DNA from: a virus
IMG/VR virus record: IMGVR_UViG_3300042898_002099
Length of the DNA: 64,000 nt
Strand: one strand, 5' to 3'
Shown here: positions 1 through 10,076 of the stretch, piece by piece
Position numbering within the stretch: the stretch's first letter is position 1
Layout: each line of letters begins with the position of its first letter
The notes under the pieces: generated by a model
Seen by the model: the letters and a program-made list of their open reading frames with translations, nothing else
What the model was told of the DNA's origin: nothing
Database searches by the model: none
Position numbers and translations under genes: made by a program

Positions 1-269
1 TAATGCCAATTATTGTAGTTGTGGTCAAATGATATTGCATAGTGACAATCATAATTATCGGGTCTACGATTTTCACCAGTATAGAAAATCTTAACGCAAT
101 CCTTTTTAGACCATTTTTTATTTTCTGTACCGAAATTTTCGTCGCCGAAGATCAAATAGTCAGGATTTTCATTGTCAATTTCAATGTCATACCGATTAGA
201 CAATAAGCTATAAAAGAACTGACTTAGATGGTCGTGGGTGTCAGCAAACCCTAATTTTAATTTTTTCAT
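1..269 (-). CDS. GT10-family (alpha-1,3-fucosyltransferase-like) glycosyltransferase, N-terminal part (runs off window)
   Basis: Not in ORF track; translated by hand from ATG at 269: MKKLKLGFADTHDHLSQFFYSLLSNRYDIEIDNENPDYLIFGDENFG...KIFYTGENRRPDNYDCHYAISFDH. PDYLIF..FG / KIFYTGEN..PD / YAISFD resemble the FucT/GT10 N-terminus. ATGA overlap with the upstream gene. Confidence 0.75.
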   Translation of the reverse strand, partial: MKKLKLGFADTHDHLSQFFYSLLSNRYDIEIDNENPDYLIFGDENFGTENKKWSKKDCVKIFYTGENRRPDNYDCHYAISFDHNYNNWH

Positions 270-1225
270 AGGCTATCAGTCAATTCTTTCAAAGAGTTAT
301 GAATGTTTGCTATATCGTCTGAAGATAAAGTGCTAATATCACTAATAGGTGTAATAGTATATTTGCACTTAATATCTAAGCCATTTGACATTGTTTCTGT
401 AGGTGGTTTACCAATACCCCAACTTACATTATATGATAAGAACTTTTTATTTGGATTCATATAATTATTATATGTTTCGCAGAAGACAAACGGTCCTGAA
501 TTCTTACCTACGATTGCGTCACAATGTTCACTTAGGTATGAAATTTCCTGCAAGTCGCAGTTGTTAACTTCTCGATCTTCCCATGGAGCACGCTTGTCCT
601 CAACTTCATTATCTACAATAATATCATCAGTAAATAAAACATTGTTTAATGTAGTATCAAATTTTGTAGTGCAAATAAAATCGATGCTAGGAGATTCTTC
701 TGCAGCAAGATTAATGAAGTCTTGCATATTGTCTGAGAATGATTGACCGGACTTCGGCGGACCATTACAAATTAGAATCTTTTTATTAGTATTGGTCTTT
801 AAAAATTCATCGATACTAGACACATCAAATTTTGTAAAATCAATCTTTGGTAGATACGATTCTTTTTCTGCTCGTAATGCTATTTCTGTATTAAAATGAC
901 CATTAATTGTATCTAAGATTTTATCCCATTGATGCCACAGTGAGTTCATATTAATACCACCATGCTCACAGAAAATATCCCAGAAACAACCGATCCAAGT
1001 ATTAATATACAACACACCTTCGTCTTGATAGAAAGGAGTCTTTGCATCTAAATTTTCAGGTGCACCAATTACAGGAATATTTAAATCTCTGGTTAATTTG
1101 GGGTGATTAAAATGCATATACTCAAAAGTAAAATCAGGCAACTCATTTTGTAGTTGACGAATAAACTCTTTATGTGTTAGCAAATCACCTCGGTGATAGT
1201 GATTAAAGAAAATAATTTTAGACAT
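266..1225 (-). CDS. putative GT-B (GT9-like) glycosyltransferase
   Basis: N-terminal HRGDLL and C-terminal CDAIVGKNSGPF resemble GT9 motifs; sugar cluster context. Confidence 0.5.
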   Translation of the reverse strand: MSKIIFFNHYHRGDLLTHKEFIRQLQNELPDFTFEYMHFNHPKLTRDLNIPVIGAPENLDAKTPFYQDEGVLYINTWIGCFWDIFCEHGGINMNSLWHQWDKILDTINGHFNTEIALRAEKESYLPKIDFTKFDVSSIDEFLKTNTNKKILICNGPPKSGQSFSDNMQDFINLAAEESPSIDFICTTKFDTTLNNVLFTDDIIVDNEVEDKRAPWEDREVNNCDLQEISYLSEHCDAIVGKNSGPFVFCETYNNYMNPNKKFLSYNVSWGIGKPPTETMSNGLDIKCKYTITPISDISTLSSDDIANIHNSLKELTDSL

Positions 1226-1584
1226 TACTTAACACCTTTATATAATTTTACAGAATCTTCTACTAATGATCTGTTTGTTCTGATTGCATTATCGACCATT
1301 AAATTAACTGCTTGCACATAACGAGGTCTTTTAACTTTAAAGCAAATGTCGCACTTGCGTTTTAAGTCTGCAATTTCCTCATCTGATTTTGCAGCTTGAA
1401 TTGCATCTTCCAACATCCACATACGGATATGAATAATTGCGAGTTTTTCAATAACTTCGCCTAGGTTATCTGTTTCAATATATTCAGAGTCAGGAAGATC
1501 TCCCTTTGCTAATACATCATGAACAGTTTGTTTAATAATTTGTTCTATGCTCTCACCTAAATTTGTCATCAATTTTCTCCACAA
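1225..1584 (-). CDS. DUF4254-like helical protein (probable start MTNLGE)
   Basis: TDNLGEVIEKLAIIHIRMWMLED pattern typical of DUF4254-like proteins in glycosylation clusters. Confidence 0.5.
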   Translation of the reverse strand: MWRKLMTNLGESIEQIIKQTVHDVLAKGDLPDSEYIETDNLGEVIEKLAIIHIRMWMLEDAIQAAKSDEEIADLKRKCDICFKVKRPRYVQAVNLMVDNAIRTNRSLVEDSVKLYKGVK

Positions 1585-2749
1585 CTTGTTTTAAGAACGC
1601 CATATCTTTTTCAGTTACAAAATGATTGTTACCAATATAAACACCTTGAGTATGAACTAAATCTGCATTTGTTCTGTCTTTAGATGTTTCAATTTTGTAA
1701 CCATTTAAAAATGGCTGTGCCAATAAATTACCAGCAACAACCGGTCTATATTCAATACCATTTTCAGCAAATGTTTCCTTCATTGCCAACATAATCTCTT
1801 TAGACTTGCAGATGAAAGGTAAACAAAAACTGCTGTTCGTTGCTGAATTTTTAATATTATAAAATAAATGTTCGTGCTTGTCTATAATATCAGTAAATAA
1901 TTTGTGATTTCTATTCCTAATTTCAATCATTTTAGTCAAACGCTTTAATTGCGATGAACCTAGAACAGCACAAATCTCATGATTTCTAAAATTGTAGCCA
2001 TCCGTAACAAACAAAAATTGTTTATCAATGTCTGGATTAAGTGCAGCATAATCGGCAAATCTTGTAGACTCTCTTGCCATACCGTGACTACGTTTTAATT
2101 TCATTAAATCATATAGGTCAGTATTGTTTGTTGAAACCATACCACCTTCAACTGTAGACATATGATGTCCAAAATAGAAACTAAATGTTGCGCCTAAACT
2201 ATTCGCGCCACGTTTAACACCGCTAGGATCAGTACAACCATGTGATTCGCATACGTCATCTATAATAATTGCTTTAGGAAAAATCTTAGATAAAGATTCG
2301 TTGTCTGCGGAGAATCCTAATAGATGAGTAACAAAGATCATTTTAATGTCATGATTCTTAGAAATCTTTATTGCGTCTACAAGATCAAAACTAAAATTAT
2401 CAACATTAATATCGCAGAATACAGGTTCAAGGCCTAGTTGCATAATTGGTGCAACATTAGTCATCCAAGTACAGGCTGGCAATAATACTTTGTCGCCATT
2501 CTTCAAACCATATAATTCTTTAACTGCAGCTACCAATAAGAAGTTTGCTGTGCTTCCAGATGAAACATACAATGAATGTTTAGCACCAAGCCACTCACTC
2601 CATTCTTGCTCAAACTTTTTAACCTTTTCACCGAAGGTAAATTTCTTAGCTGTTAGCGCAAAATGCGCCATTTTTAATCTGTCACCGAGGGTGATTGTTT
2701 CACCCATTAAAGGCCATTTCATACTAACCCCTTTTCTTTTTTGTACCAA
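1553..2749 (-). CDS. colD: DegT/DnrJ-family PLP enzyme, ColD-like GDP-4-keto-6-deoxymannose 3-dehydratase (probable start MKWPLM)
   Basis: SSGSTAN, DDVCESHG and TFSFYFGHHMSTVEGG, with His in place of the Schiff-base Lys; no Cys-rich Fe-S insert of RfbH/E1; lies with gmd and fcl. Confidence 0.7.
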   Translation of the reverse strand: MVQKRKGVSMKWPLMGETITLGDRLKMAHFALTAKKFTFGEKVKKFEQEWSEWLGAKHSLYVSSGSTANFLLVAAVKELYGLKNGDKVLLPACTWMTNVAPIMQLGLEPVFCDINVDNFSFDLVDAIKISKNHDIKMIFVTHLLGFSADNESLSKIFPKAIIIDDVCESHGCTDPSGVKRGANSLGATFSFYFGHHMSTVEGGMVSTNNTDLYDLMKLKRSHGMARESTRFADYAALNPDIDKQFLFVTDGYNFRNHEICAVLGSSQLKRLTKMIEIRNRNHKLFTDIIDKHEHLFYNIKNSATNSSFCLPFICKSKEIMLAMKETFAENGIEYRPVVAGNLLAQPFLNGYKIETSKDRTNADLVHTQGVYIGNNHFVTEKDMAFLKQVVEKIDDKFR

Positions 2750-3654
2750 TCAATAGTTTGTTTTAAGCCCTTATCAAAAGTAACTTTAGCTTTCCAGCCG
2801 AGGTCTTTTAGCTTAGTGTTATCCATTTTGCGTCTTGGTGTGCCGTTTGGTTTATCTTTGTTCCAAACAATTTTACCTGTGAAACCCATTTCTTTTTTGA
2901 GCTTATTAACGAGATCTTTAATTGTAAGTTCTTCGTCACTACCAACATTAACAAATTCTGCTTTATCATAATTTTGCATCAACCAAAAACAAGCATCTGC
3001 TAGATCATCTACATATAAAAATTCTCTAGTTGGTGTACCATCACCCCAGCACTCTATGCTATTATCCCCTGTCTTCATAGCATTATGCATCTTGGTAATA
3101 ATACCAGGAATTACGTGACCATGTTCTGGAATAAAATTATCATTAGGCCCATATAAATTTGCAGGCATACAACTAATAGCATTAAAGCCATATTGACGTC
3201 TGTAATACTCACACATTCTTAAACCTGTAATCTTAGCTAATGCATAACCTTCATTAGTTGGTTCAAGCGGTGCTGTTAATAAGTATTCTTCTTTAATTGG
3301 TTGAGGTGTTACCTTAGGGTAAATACAGGCTGAGCCCAAGAACAATAGTTTCTGACAACCATTTCTATATGCAGAATCAATTACATTAGTTTGAATCTGT
3401 AAGTTGTCATAGATAAACTCACCGGGATTTGTCCAGTTCCAGTTAATGCCACCAACTTTAGCTGCTGCTAAGAAAACAAAGTCTGGTCTTTCTGTACTAA
3501 AGAAGTTTTTAACTGCTCGTTGGTCTCGTAAATCTAATTCGCCCTTTGATCTAAGAATTAAATTAGTATAACCTTCTTCTTTTAATTTTCTTACTATTGC
3601 TGATCCAACTAATCCTCTGTGACCAGCAACAAATATTTTGCTATTCTTTTCCAT
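2719..3654 (-). CDS. fcl: GDP-L-fucose synthase / GDP-colitose synthase (Fcl/WcaG/ColC)
   Basis: VAGHRGLVGSA, LAAAKVGGI, FLGSACIYP, YALAK, PANLYGPNDNF, WGDGTPTREFLYVDD. Confidence 0.93.
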   Translation of the reverse strand: MEKNSKIFVAGHRGLVGSAIVRKLKEEGYTNLILRSKGELDLRDQRAVKNFFSTERPDFVFLAAAKVGGINWNWTNPGEFIYDNLQIQTNVIDSAYRNGCQKLLFLGSACIYPKVTPQPIKEEYLLTAPLEPTNEGYALAKITGLRMCEYYRRQYGFNAISCMPANLYGPNDNFIPEHGHVIPGIITKMHNAMKTGDNSIECWGDGTPTREFLYVDDLADACFWLMQNYDKAEFVNVGSDEELTIKDLVNKLKKEMGFTGKIVWNKDKPNGTPRRKMDNTKLKDLGWKAKVTFDKGLKQTIDWYKKEKGLV

Positions 3655-3662
3655 TTTTATTC

Positions 3663-4322
3663 CTATCTTAAAGTAAACACATAATCGTGAAGGGATAATT
3701 TTTCAGTAAATTTATGAGTATTATCTACAACATCAATTATCTTTTGTATATCATCGTGCCATTCAACTAAAAGAACTTTCGGTAGATATTTTTCTATGGA
3801 AAAGCCTTTAAGGACTTCCAATTCATATCCTTCTACGTCTAATGAAAAAAAGTCTACTGTTGCTACATTTAATGATTCTAATATTGAATCTAGTGTTCGT
3901 GTAGGAACAACAAATTCATATCTAATTTCCTCTTCATTTAAAGCAGAGGCTTTTGCTGTCCAATTTTCATTTTTCCATATAGGAGAAGATTTTACAGAAG
4001 TCATTAATCCTGGATCGTCAGAATAAACCCGACGATGCGTCATAGTAATTTCCTTTGCGAGATTTCCGTGAGAAATTAAAGCAGAATTAAATACTTTAGA
4101 GTTGGGTCTATTATCGCGACACACCTCAAATGCTTCGGGGTTAGGTTCTACTAAAATACCTGTCCAACCTAGTTCTTCTTCGAGGTGCCATGTATTGCTT
4201 TGAGTAAAACCGTCAGCGCCGCCCACTTCAATAAAGAATCCATTTCTATAATTTAAATATTTTTCAACAACTTTGCGATTTACATCTTGGTATGAAGGAG
4301 GAAACATATTATCCTCAAGCAA
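3663..4322 (-). CDS. FkbM-family SAM-dependent methyltransferase
   Basis: [41 protein letters not shown]. Confidence 0.88.
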   Translation of the reverse strand: MLEDNMFPPSYQDVNRKVVEKYLNYRNGFFIEVGGADGFTQSNTWHLEEELGWTGILVEPNPEAFEVCRDNRPNSKVFNSALISHGNLAKEITMTHRRVYSDDPGLMTSVKSSPIWKNENWTAKASALNEEEIRYEFVVPTRTLDSILESLNVATVDFFSLDVEGYELEVLKGFSIEKYLPKVLLVEWHDDIQKIIDVVDNTHKFTEKLSLHDYVFTLR

Positions 4323-5328
4323 AATTAATGCACATATCTTCTACAAGAGCATCAAAAGAATGCTTAGGTGTCCAGCCGAGTACACTCTTGGCCTTTGACG
4401 AGTCACCCAATAATGTTTCTACTTCTGCAGGGCGGAAATATTTTTCATCTACGCGAACAATAATTTTTCCTGTATGCTCATTAATACCTACTTCATTAAG
4501 TCCTTCGCCTTCCCAGCGAATTTTTAATGCAAAATAAGGCGCGCATCTTTCAACAAATTCTTTAACTGAATATTGTTCACCTGTAGAAATAACAAAATCG
4601 TCAGGGGTATCTTGTTGCAACATTAACCACATTGCTTCAACATAGTCTTTAGCGTGACCCCAATCTCGTTTAGCATTCAAATTGCCTAGATATAAACACT
4701 CTTGGTTACCTGAGCTAATTGACTCTAAACCATTTACAATTTTCTTAGTTACAAAGTTGTGTCCACGACGAGGAGACTCGTGATTAAATAGAATGCCAGA
4801 GCAAGCAAACATATTATATGATTCACGATAGTTCTTAACTATCCAATATGCGTAGAGCTTAGCTACACCATACGGTGATCTAGGATAAAAGGGAGTTGTT
4901 TCTTTTTGCGGAATCTCTTGCACTAAACCATATAGTTCAGAAGTAGATGCTTGATAAATTTTACAGGTCTTTTCCATGTTAAGCAATCTAACAGCTTCAA
5001 GAATACGCAATGTACCTAAGCCATCAACCATAGCAGTATACTCAGGAGTTTCAAAAGAAACCTTAACGTGACTTTGAGCTGCAAGATTGTAGATTTCACA
5101 TGGATTGTGTTTCTTCAATACGTTCATAACAGACAAAGAATCTGTTACATCGCCATAATGAAGATGCAGATCTGGATTGTTGTAGATATGGTCAATGCGA
5201 CCTGTATTGATTGACGAGCTGCGACGGATAATACCGTGAACTTCGTAACCTTTAGACAATAAAAGTTCTGCTAGATAAGAACCGTCTTGTCCAGTAATGC
5301 CTGTAATAAGGGCTACTTTTTTACTCAT
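4315..5328 (-). CDS. gmd: GDP-mannose 4,6-dehydratase
   Basis: [59 protein letters not shown]. Confidence 0.97.
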   Translation of the reverse strand: MSKKVALITGITGQDGSYLAELLLSKGYEVHGIIRRSSSINTGRIDHIYNNPDLHLHYGDVTDSLSVMNVLKKHNPCEIYNLAAQSHVKVSFETPEYTAMVDGLGTLRILEAVRLLNMEKTCKIYQASTSELYGLVQEIPQKETTPFYPRSPYGVAKLYAYWIVKNYRESYNMFACSGILFNHESPRRGHNFVTKKIVNGLESISSGNQECLYLGNLNAKRDWGHAKDYVEAMWLMLQQDTPDDFVISTGEQYSVKEFVERCAPYFALKIRWEGEGLNEVGINEHTGKIIVRVDEKYFRPAEVETLLGDSSKAKSVLGWTPKHSFDALVEDMCINFA

Positions 5329-5329
5329 A

Positions 5330-6169
5330 TTATAATCTCCTAAATAATATATCTTCTTTATAATTCAATATCTTATCAATATTGTTTACGGCGGAATTCC
5401 ACTCGCCTACTTTAAAATATTTATCGTCTGCGATATCCGCTATAAAAACATTAAGTTGTTCTTTTAACATTAAAGGATTCAAACTATGTTCTATGAATAG
5501 ATTGGTACAATAAAAGTTCTTTAAATTTTTAGAACAAAATGCAGATGAAATAGCAAAACTGCCAGCTCCAGATGTTGCTAGGTTTTTTGCCTTTAACATA
5601 AAGGAATATGCATCTTGAACAGATAAAAATCTAACATCAATACTATCACCTAATGTCTGATACAAACAAGGCACTATAGGATTTATATTATCTTCAGCTA
5701 GAAAAATTACTTTACCATGAAACAAGTTGTATAATTCCAAATAATATAGTAATGGATTTTGAGTATGTGAGTTAGGAAAATGGGTATACAAATCCCCGCT
5801 TCTTATATGTACGACACATACATCATCTAACGATTCTATTATTTCATCATGATCAATTTTTAAATTTGGTAGAATATATTTTTCACATATTTCTTTTCGT
5901 TTAAAATTTAAATCGGTTATATCTACATCGAAATCTTTATCAGGTCCCTCAAAAAAATAAAACCAATTGTGAGATGATTCGTTTATTTTAAATTCATTGT
6001 CCCCAAATGTCAATTCAATAGCATTAATAAATGGATGATCTGGTGACGTAAATTTTACTTTATTCTTTTCACAGAAATATATTCCATTAGAAATTTGCTG
6101 AATATTATTACCAAGCCGCCCAAACCACCTTGGGATAAATGTGTCGTGTACTATTTCGTTAGTGTGCAT
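5330..6169 (-). CDS. GT11-like (alpha-1,2-fucosyl/colitosyl) glycosyltransferase
   Basis: [10 protein letters not shown]-terminal motif and [11 protein letters not shown]-sugar binding motif. Confidence 0.65.
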   Translation of the reverse strand: MHTNEIVHDTFIPRWFGRLGNNIQQISNGIYFCEKNKVKFTSPDHPFINAIELTFGDNEFKINESSHNWFYFFEGPDKDFDVDITDLNFKRKEICEKYILPNLKIDHDEIIESLDDVCVVHIRSGDLYTHFPNSHTQNPLLYYLELYNLFHGKVIFLAEDNINPIVPCLYQTLGDSIDVRFLSVQDAYSFMLKAKNLATSGAGSFAISSAFCSKNLKNFYCTNLFIEHSLNPLMLKEQLNVFIADIADDKYFKVGEWNSAVNNIDKILNYKEDILFRRL

Positions 6170-6200
6170 AAAGAAAGGTGCAGGACGCCGAAGCGTCCTT
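6170..6200 (-). terminator. hairpin with C(UUCG)G tetraloop, probable terminator or stabilising hairpin after the AAA gene
   Basis: Minus strand AGGACGC-TTCG-GCGTCCT followed by GCACCTTTCTTT. Confidence 0.65.
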
Positions 6201-6219
6201 GTGTTAGATTAATTTATTA

Positions 6220-7404
6220 TTAGAATGGAATTTCGTCATCCACTTTGTTTACAGTTGGTTGTTCTTCAACGACAACTTCTGGTGTACTCATTTTAACATA
6301 CAAATCCATGAATGCAGTCTTTGTGTCATCGTCAAACCTATTGATACAATAAGTAATTGCGTCTTCTCTGCTATTAAAGATTGAATATGCTTGAACAATG
6401 TTTACCAAACGACGTGTACTGATAATCTCATCCACACCACCTTCTTCAAAGGTTTTACGAATAACTTCTGCCCAGCTAATCAATTTGTCCGCAAATTCCG
6501 TATCGACTTTGCCAAAGAATTCCATCTTATTAGCAATGATCTTTTTCTCAATCGCCGGTGACGGAAATTCTTGTTCTACAGTAATTGGGAATCGCTCAAG
6601 AAAAGCATCATCCAAAATCTGAGCTGCAATAAAACGACCGTCTTCTGTGCCTCGACCTTTAGTGTTGGCAGTTGCTACGATAGTGAAACCTTTTTCAGCA
6701 TAGATCATTTCACCTGTCTTTTTATTGAAATAAGGTTTGCCTTCTAGGATACTCTGCAGGCACATTAATTTATTTGAACCACGATCAATTTCGTCAATCA
6801 AAAGTACTGCACCTCGACGCATAGCCATTAGAACAGGACCTTCACGATAAATTACATTACCATCTTGCAATGTATTACCACCAATAAGATCATCCTCATC
6901 TGTTTCAATACTGATATTGACCCTGATACATTCACGACCTAATTTAGCCGCAGCTTGTTCTACCATTGTGGTCTTACCATTGCCTGATAGACCAGTAACA
7001 AAAACAGGATAAAATGTCTTGGATTTTAAGATCATTTCCAATTGTTTGTAAAAACCAAAAGGAACATACGTGTTATCTTTTGCGGGAATAGTACTATCAA
7101 TTTCTACAGCAATTCGTTTCTTCATAGGAATAATTTGTGCTTGTAATGCTGGGAAAACATCTTCAGATTGCATAGTCTCAACTTTTGTAGTTTCAAACAT
7201 TTGTGACAAGTCATATTGACTTTTGCCAATTTTAATTTCTCGGCATGCAACAATAAAGTGCGGATTAGGCAATTTATTAGTTTCACAATAAGAAAGAATT
7301 TGTTCTTTAGTTACAACTTTGCCGAATTCGGCAATCAATTTAGCAACCAATTCTTTGCGCTGTTCTTCAGAATAATGAGATTTAGACATGATATAAAGTT
7401 CCAA
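6220..7404 (-). CDS. MoxR/CobS-like AAA+ ATPase
   Basis: Walker A GLSGNGKT, Walker B LLIDEIDR, ATANTKGRG, LDDAFLERF, ISTRRLV. Confidence 0.9.
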   Translation of the reverse strand: MELYIMSKSHYSEEQRKELVAKLIAEFGKVVTKEQILSYCETNKLPNPHFIVACREIKIGKSQYDLSQMFETTKVETMQSEDVFPALQAQIIPMKKRIAVEIDSTIPAKDNTYVPFGFYKQLEMILKSKTFYPVFVTGLSGNGKTTMVEQAAAKLGRECIRVNISIETDEDDLIGGNTLQDGNVIYREGPVLMAMRRGAVLLIDEIDRGSNKLMCLQSILEGKPYFNKKTGEMIYAEKGFTIVATANTKGRGTEDGRFIAAQILDDAFLERFPITVEQEFPSPAIEKKIIANKMEFFGKVDTEFADKLISWAEVIRKTFEEGGVDEIISTRRLVNIVQAYSIFNSREDAITYCINRFDDDTKTAFMDLYVKMSTPEVVVEEQPTVNKVDDEIPF

Positions 7405-7424
7405 TTAAGTTCAATTCACAATTA

Positions 7425-7453
7425 ATTATAACACCTTTTTAATTGCGTGTCAA
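7425..7453 (-). promoter_or_regulatory. consensus sigma70-type (early) promoter
   Basis: Minus strand TTGACA-cgcaattaaaaaggtgt(17 nt)-TATAAT with extended -10 TG. Confidence 0.85.
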
Positions 7454-9735
7454 GCAATTTTATCGATAAATCTGCTCAAAAGCACACGGTTCACACTCTT
7501 GCTTTTCTGCATTTTCATGAACGCCGTTTTCAATTCGTTCTTTGAACTATTTGAATTGACATCCATTCCGTCTTCTTTAATTTCTAAATCATCACCACCG
7601 GGAATAATATAATAATCATCGTAGCCTACATTATTCAACATAAAGAATTTAGTCTTTCTAAATGATTTAAATTTCTCATCAAAATCGGTTATGTGTGTAC
7701 CTGATCTTTCAATTCTACCTAGAATATATCTTTTAGCATGTTTAGCTTGTGGTGTAATAAAAAATCCAATTACATTTACTCCAGTAATATTTTTAAGTAA
7801 ATTTAATAATCCAACTGTAAGATCTGCTCCTGGCGGTTTTTTACCTTCAGACATTGTACTAACGTCTCGAATAATAACATTTGAACTAAGAACAGAATGA
7901 GTAGTTCCAATATGTGTTTGACCAACTGCTCGTTGTTTATCTATAATCGTATTTGTATCATTGGATTCGCCATCTGTTAAAAACACGGTATTAACCACAT
8001 CCAATTTATAACTGGCTTTAAATTGTTTTACAATTGCTACGCTAGAAACAATTGCTTCATTTAAAGGTGTACCATTTAATACTTCGAATTCACTCAATTT
8101 AAATTCGCGAGGAAGACTAACATCACTCTGTTTATAATTCCAGCTACGATTAGAATGTAATTCACCAACCAATAACCAATACTTAACTGCTTCTTTAAAT
8201 TCTGTTCCAGACATTTCGCTAGAAATATATTCTCTCAATCTAAATCCATTAGAATTTAAGCACAACTCTTTATCATTTTCAGAAAACTTAGCGTACTTTG
8301 AAGCAAGTTTAGGATTGTTTATATACTTTGAAGTTGCCAAATATTCTTTATATTCTTCAGTATTAGGATAGTTCATTTCTTCTACTAGATTATTTGATAC
8401 TAAATCTGTAAAAGCATAAACTCGGAATGGAATATTTACTTTGCGACAAAATGTAGCAAGTACCAATGTTTGCTCAATAGTAGATTTAATATTGTCTGTC
8501 ATTGAACCAGAGTAATCAATGAACATTACTAAACCATGCGATTTACCTTTTGGCACAACTGTCATTCGACGAAACAAATCATCATTAAACTTATAACCAA
8601 ATACTTTTTTCATATCTAGTTCGCCAGTTTTAGACACACTTGCTCTTGCGAATTGACGTGCGTTTCTTTTAAGCTCAAATTCTTTAATTAGATAAGACAC
8701 ATACTTTTTGTTTGTGTCATAAAATCGTTTTAGCAATTTTGTTTTAGACGTTTCAATAAGTTCCAATGCCTGGTCTGCGGTGTATGAGAAATCAGCTACG
8801 CCAACAATCTCTGCATTTGGATATTTAAAATCATTATAATATTTTATAATATTTTTATAAGGAACAACGATATTTTCTAATTTGGGAGTAGGCATATTAA
8901 CATAGTAATATGGCTTTGTTTCATCGCTTAAAAAGTCTTTTTCACGCTTGCGAAAATTTTTATCAGTAATAGACTCTGGATCTAACTCGTCTAAATTATC
9001 CGATGATCCTGCTCTCCATCCACTACGTTTACCTTCACCATATTCGGTATCTTCCTCGTCTTCATCGGCGTCATCATAATCATAATCATTGCCATCCTCA
9101 TCTACATCTTCTTCGTCATAGAATTCATCTTCTAATTTATCTCGCAATTCTTGTTTGCCATTTTCAAATAACTCTTTAGCAATGTTATATACATCTTCCC
9201 AAGTGTCAAGTGAATCTAAACGATTTAAATATTCTTGTTCGTCAGAAGAAAATTGTACATTAAGATATGCTCCTACTTTATAGTGTAGGTTAATTCTATC
9301 AATCAGGGGAAGCGTATCAACATCGAGTTCTCCAGAATTGACACCGAAGAAATCGTTATGCATAAGTTCAGAATACCCTTTGATAAAGGATGTTTTGAGC
9401 CCGGGAAATTTTCTTTGAATTTGCTTTTCGATTCGAACATCTTCAACAACATTCAAATAGGTCTTGAAACCTTTGCTAACATTTCCAGTAACAGCAGTAT
9501 GCCAGCCTTCGGCAGGAGTAAAAAGAGCATGGCCTACTTCGTGACCCAATAACAGGTCATTTAGCCATTCAGACATGTTCTTCCAAATAGGAAGTACCAT
9601 TACTCTATTCTTAGTATCGAAATATGCGGTAGGGACTTTACGATGCTCAATCGTAATATTTTCAGAAGCGAGAAGTTTTGCTAGAAGGGATTTTGAAGAT
9701 TTAGATGTGTTTAACATTAGGTACTCCTTGGACAT
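7450..9735 (-). CDS. CobT-like protein: N-terminal HExxH peptidase-like domain, acidic linker, C-terminal VWA domain (alternative start at 9717 behind AAGGAG)
   Basis: LLGHEVGHAL; MIDAS FIDYSGSM...TPL...FLTDGE; adjacent to MoxR-type AAA gene. Confidence 0.82.
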   Translation of the reverse strand: MSKEYLMLNTSKSSKSLLAKLLASENITIEHRKVPTAYFDTKNRVMVLPIWKNMSEWLNDLLLGHEVGHALFTPAEGWHTAVTGNVSKGFKTYLNVVEDVRIEKQIQRKFPGLKTSFIKGYSELMHNDFFGVNSGELDVDTLPLIDRINLHYKVGAYLNVQFSSDEQEYLNRLDSLDTWEDVYNIAKELFENGKQELRDKLEDEFYDEEDVDEDGNDYDYDDADEDEEDTEYGEGKRSGWRAGSSDNLDELDPESITDKNFRKREKDFLSDETKPYYYVNMPTPKLENIVVPYKNIIKYYNDFKYPNAEIVGVADFSYTADQALELIETSKTKLLKRFYDTNKKYVSYLIKEFELKRNARQFARASVSKTGELDMKKVFGYKFNDDLFRRMTVVPKGKSHGLVMFIDYSGSMTDNIKSTIEQTLVLATFCRKVNIPFRVYAFTDLVSNNLVEEMNYPNTEEYKEYLATSKYINNPKLASKYAKFSENDKELCLNSNGFRLREYISSEMSGTEFKEAVKYWLLVGELHSNRSWNYKQSDVSLPREFKLSEFEVLNGTPLNEAIVSSVAIVKQFKASYKLDVVNTVFLTDGESNDTNTIIDKQRAVGQTHIGTTHSVLSSNVIIRDVSTMSEGKKPPGADLTVGLLNLLKNITGVNVIGFFITPQAKHAKRYILGRIERSGTHITDFDEKFKSFRKTKFFMLNNVGYDDYYIIPGGDDLEIKEDGMDVNSNSSKNELKTAFMKMQKSKSVNRVLLSRFIDKIA

Positions 9736-9740
9736 ACCTT

Positions 9741-9769
9741 ATTATAACACCTTTAGGGGCAGTTGTCAA
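9741..9769 (-). promoter_or_regulatory. consensus sigma70-type (early) promoter
   Basis: Minus strand TTGACA-actgcccctaaaggtgt(17 nt)-TATAAT. Confidence 0.85.
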
Positions 9770-9799
9770 GCCCCCAGTTAGCCATATAGTATGTGGGGT

Positions 9800-10075
9800 C
9801 TAAGACCTCGTTATAGCCAAAATTCGCTCAATTTGCTTTTCTATTAAAGGAATGCGGTTTGGCCAATGGATATAATCCTTATCCGAATTCTTCATCAAAT
9901 TAACCAAAAGAGGTAGAATTAGTTTTTCAACGCTAGCTAGCTTTTCTTTAACTTTCGAATCCGCAGTTTGATTCGCTTCACTTATGAATGGATCTGCAAC
10001 ATCCGACTCATGTACCGCCGTAAATCCGAAGTCGTTACTTAAATCTAAATATTCTGCAGGGATTTTACTTGACAT
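9800..10075 (-). CDS. conserved T4-like phage hypothetical protein
   Basis: DFGFTAV...ILPLLVNL.KN..KDYIHWPNR pattern; in operon downstream of gp46. Confidence 0.7.
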   Translation of the reverse strand: MSSKIPAEYLDLSNDFGFTAVHESDVADPFISEANQTADSKVKEKLASVEKLILPLLVNLMKNSDKDYIHWPNRIPLIEKQIERILAITRS

Positions 10076-10076
10076 A

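Noticed and set aside
6220-9735. Cobalamin biosynthesis (cobS/cobT) as auxiliary metabolism
   Set aside because: No cobN or other cob genes in the window; motifs fit a generic MoxR/VWA pair
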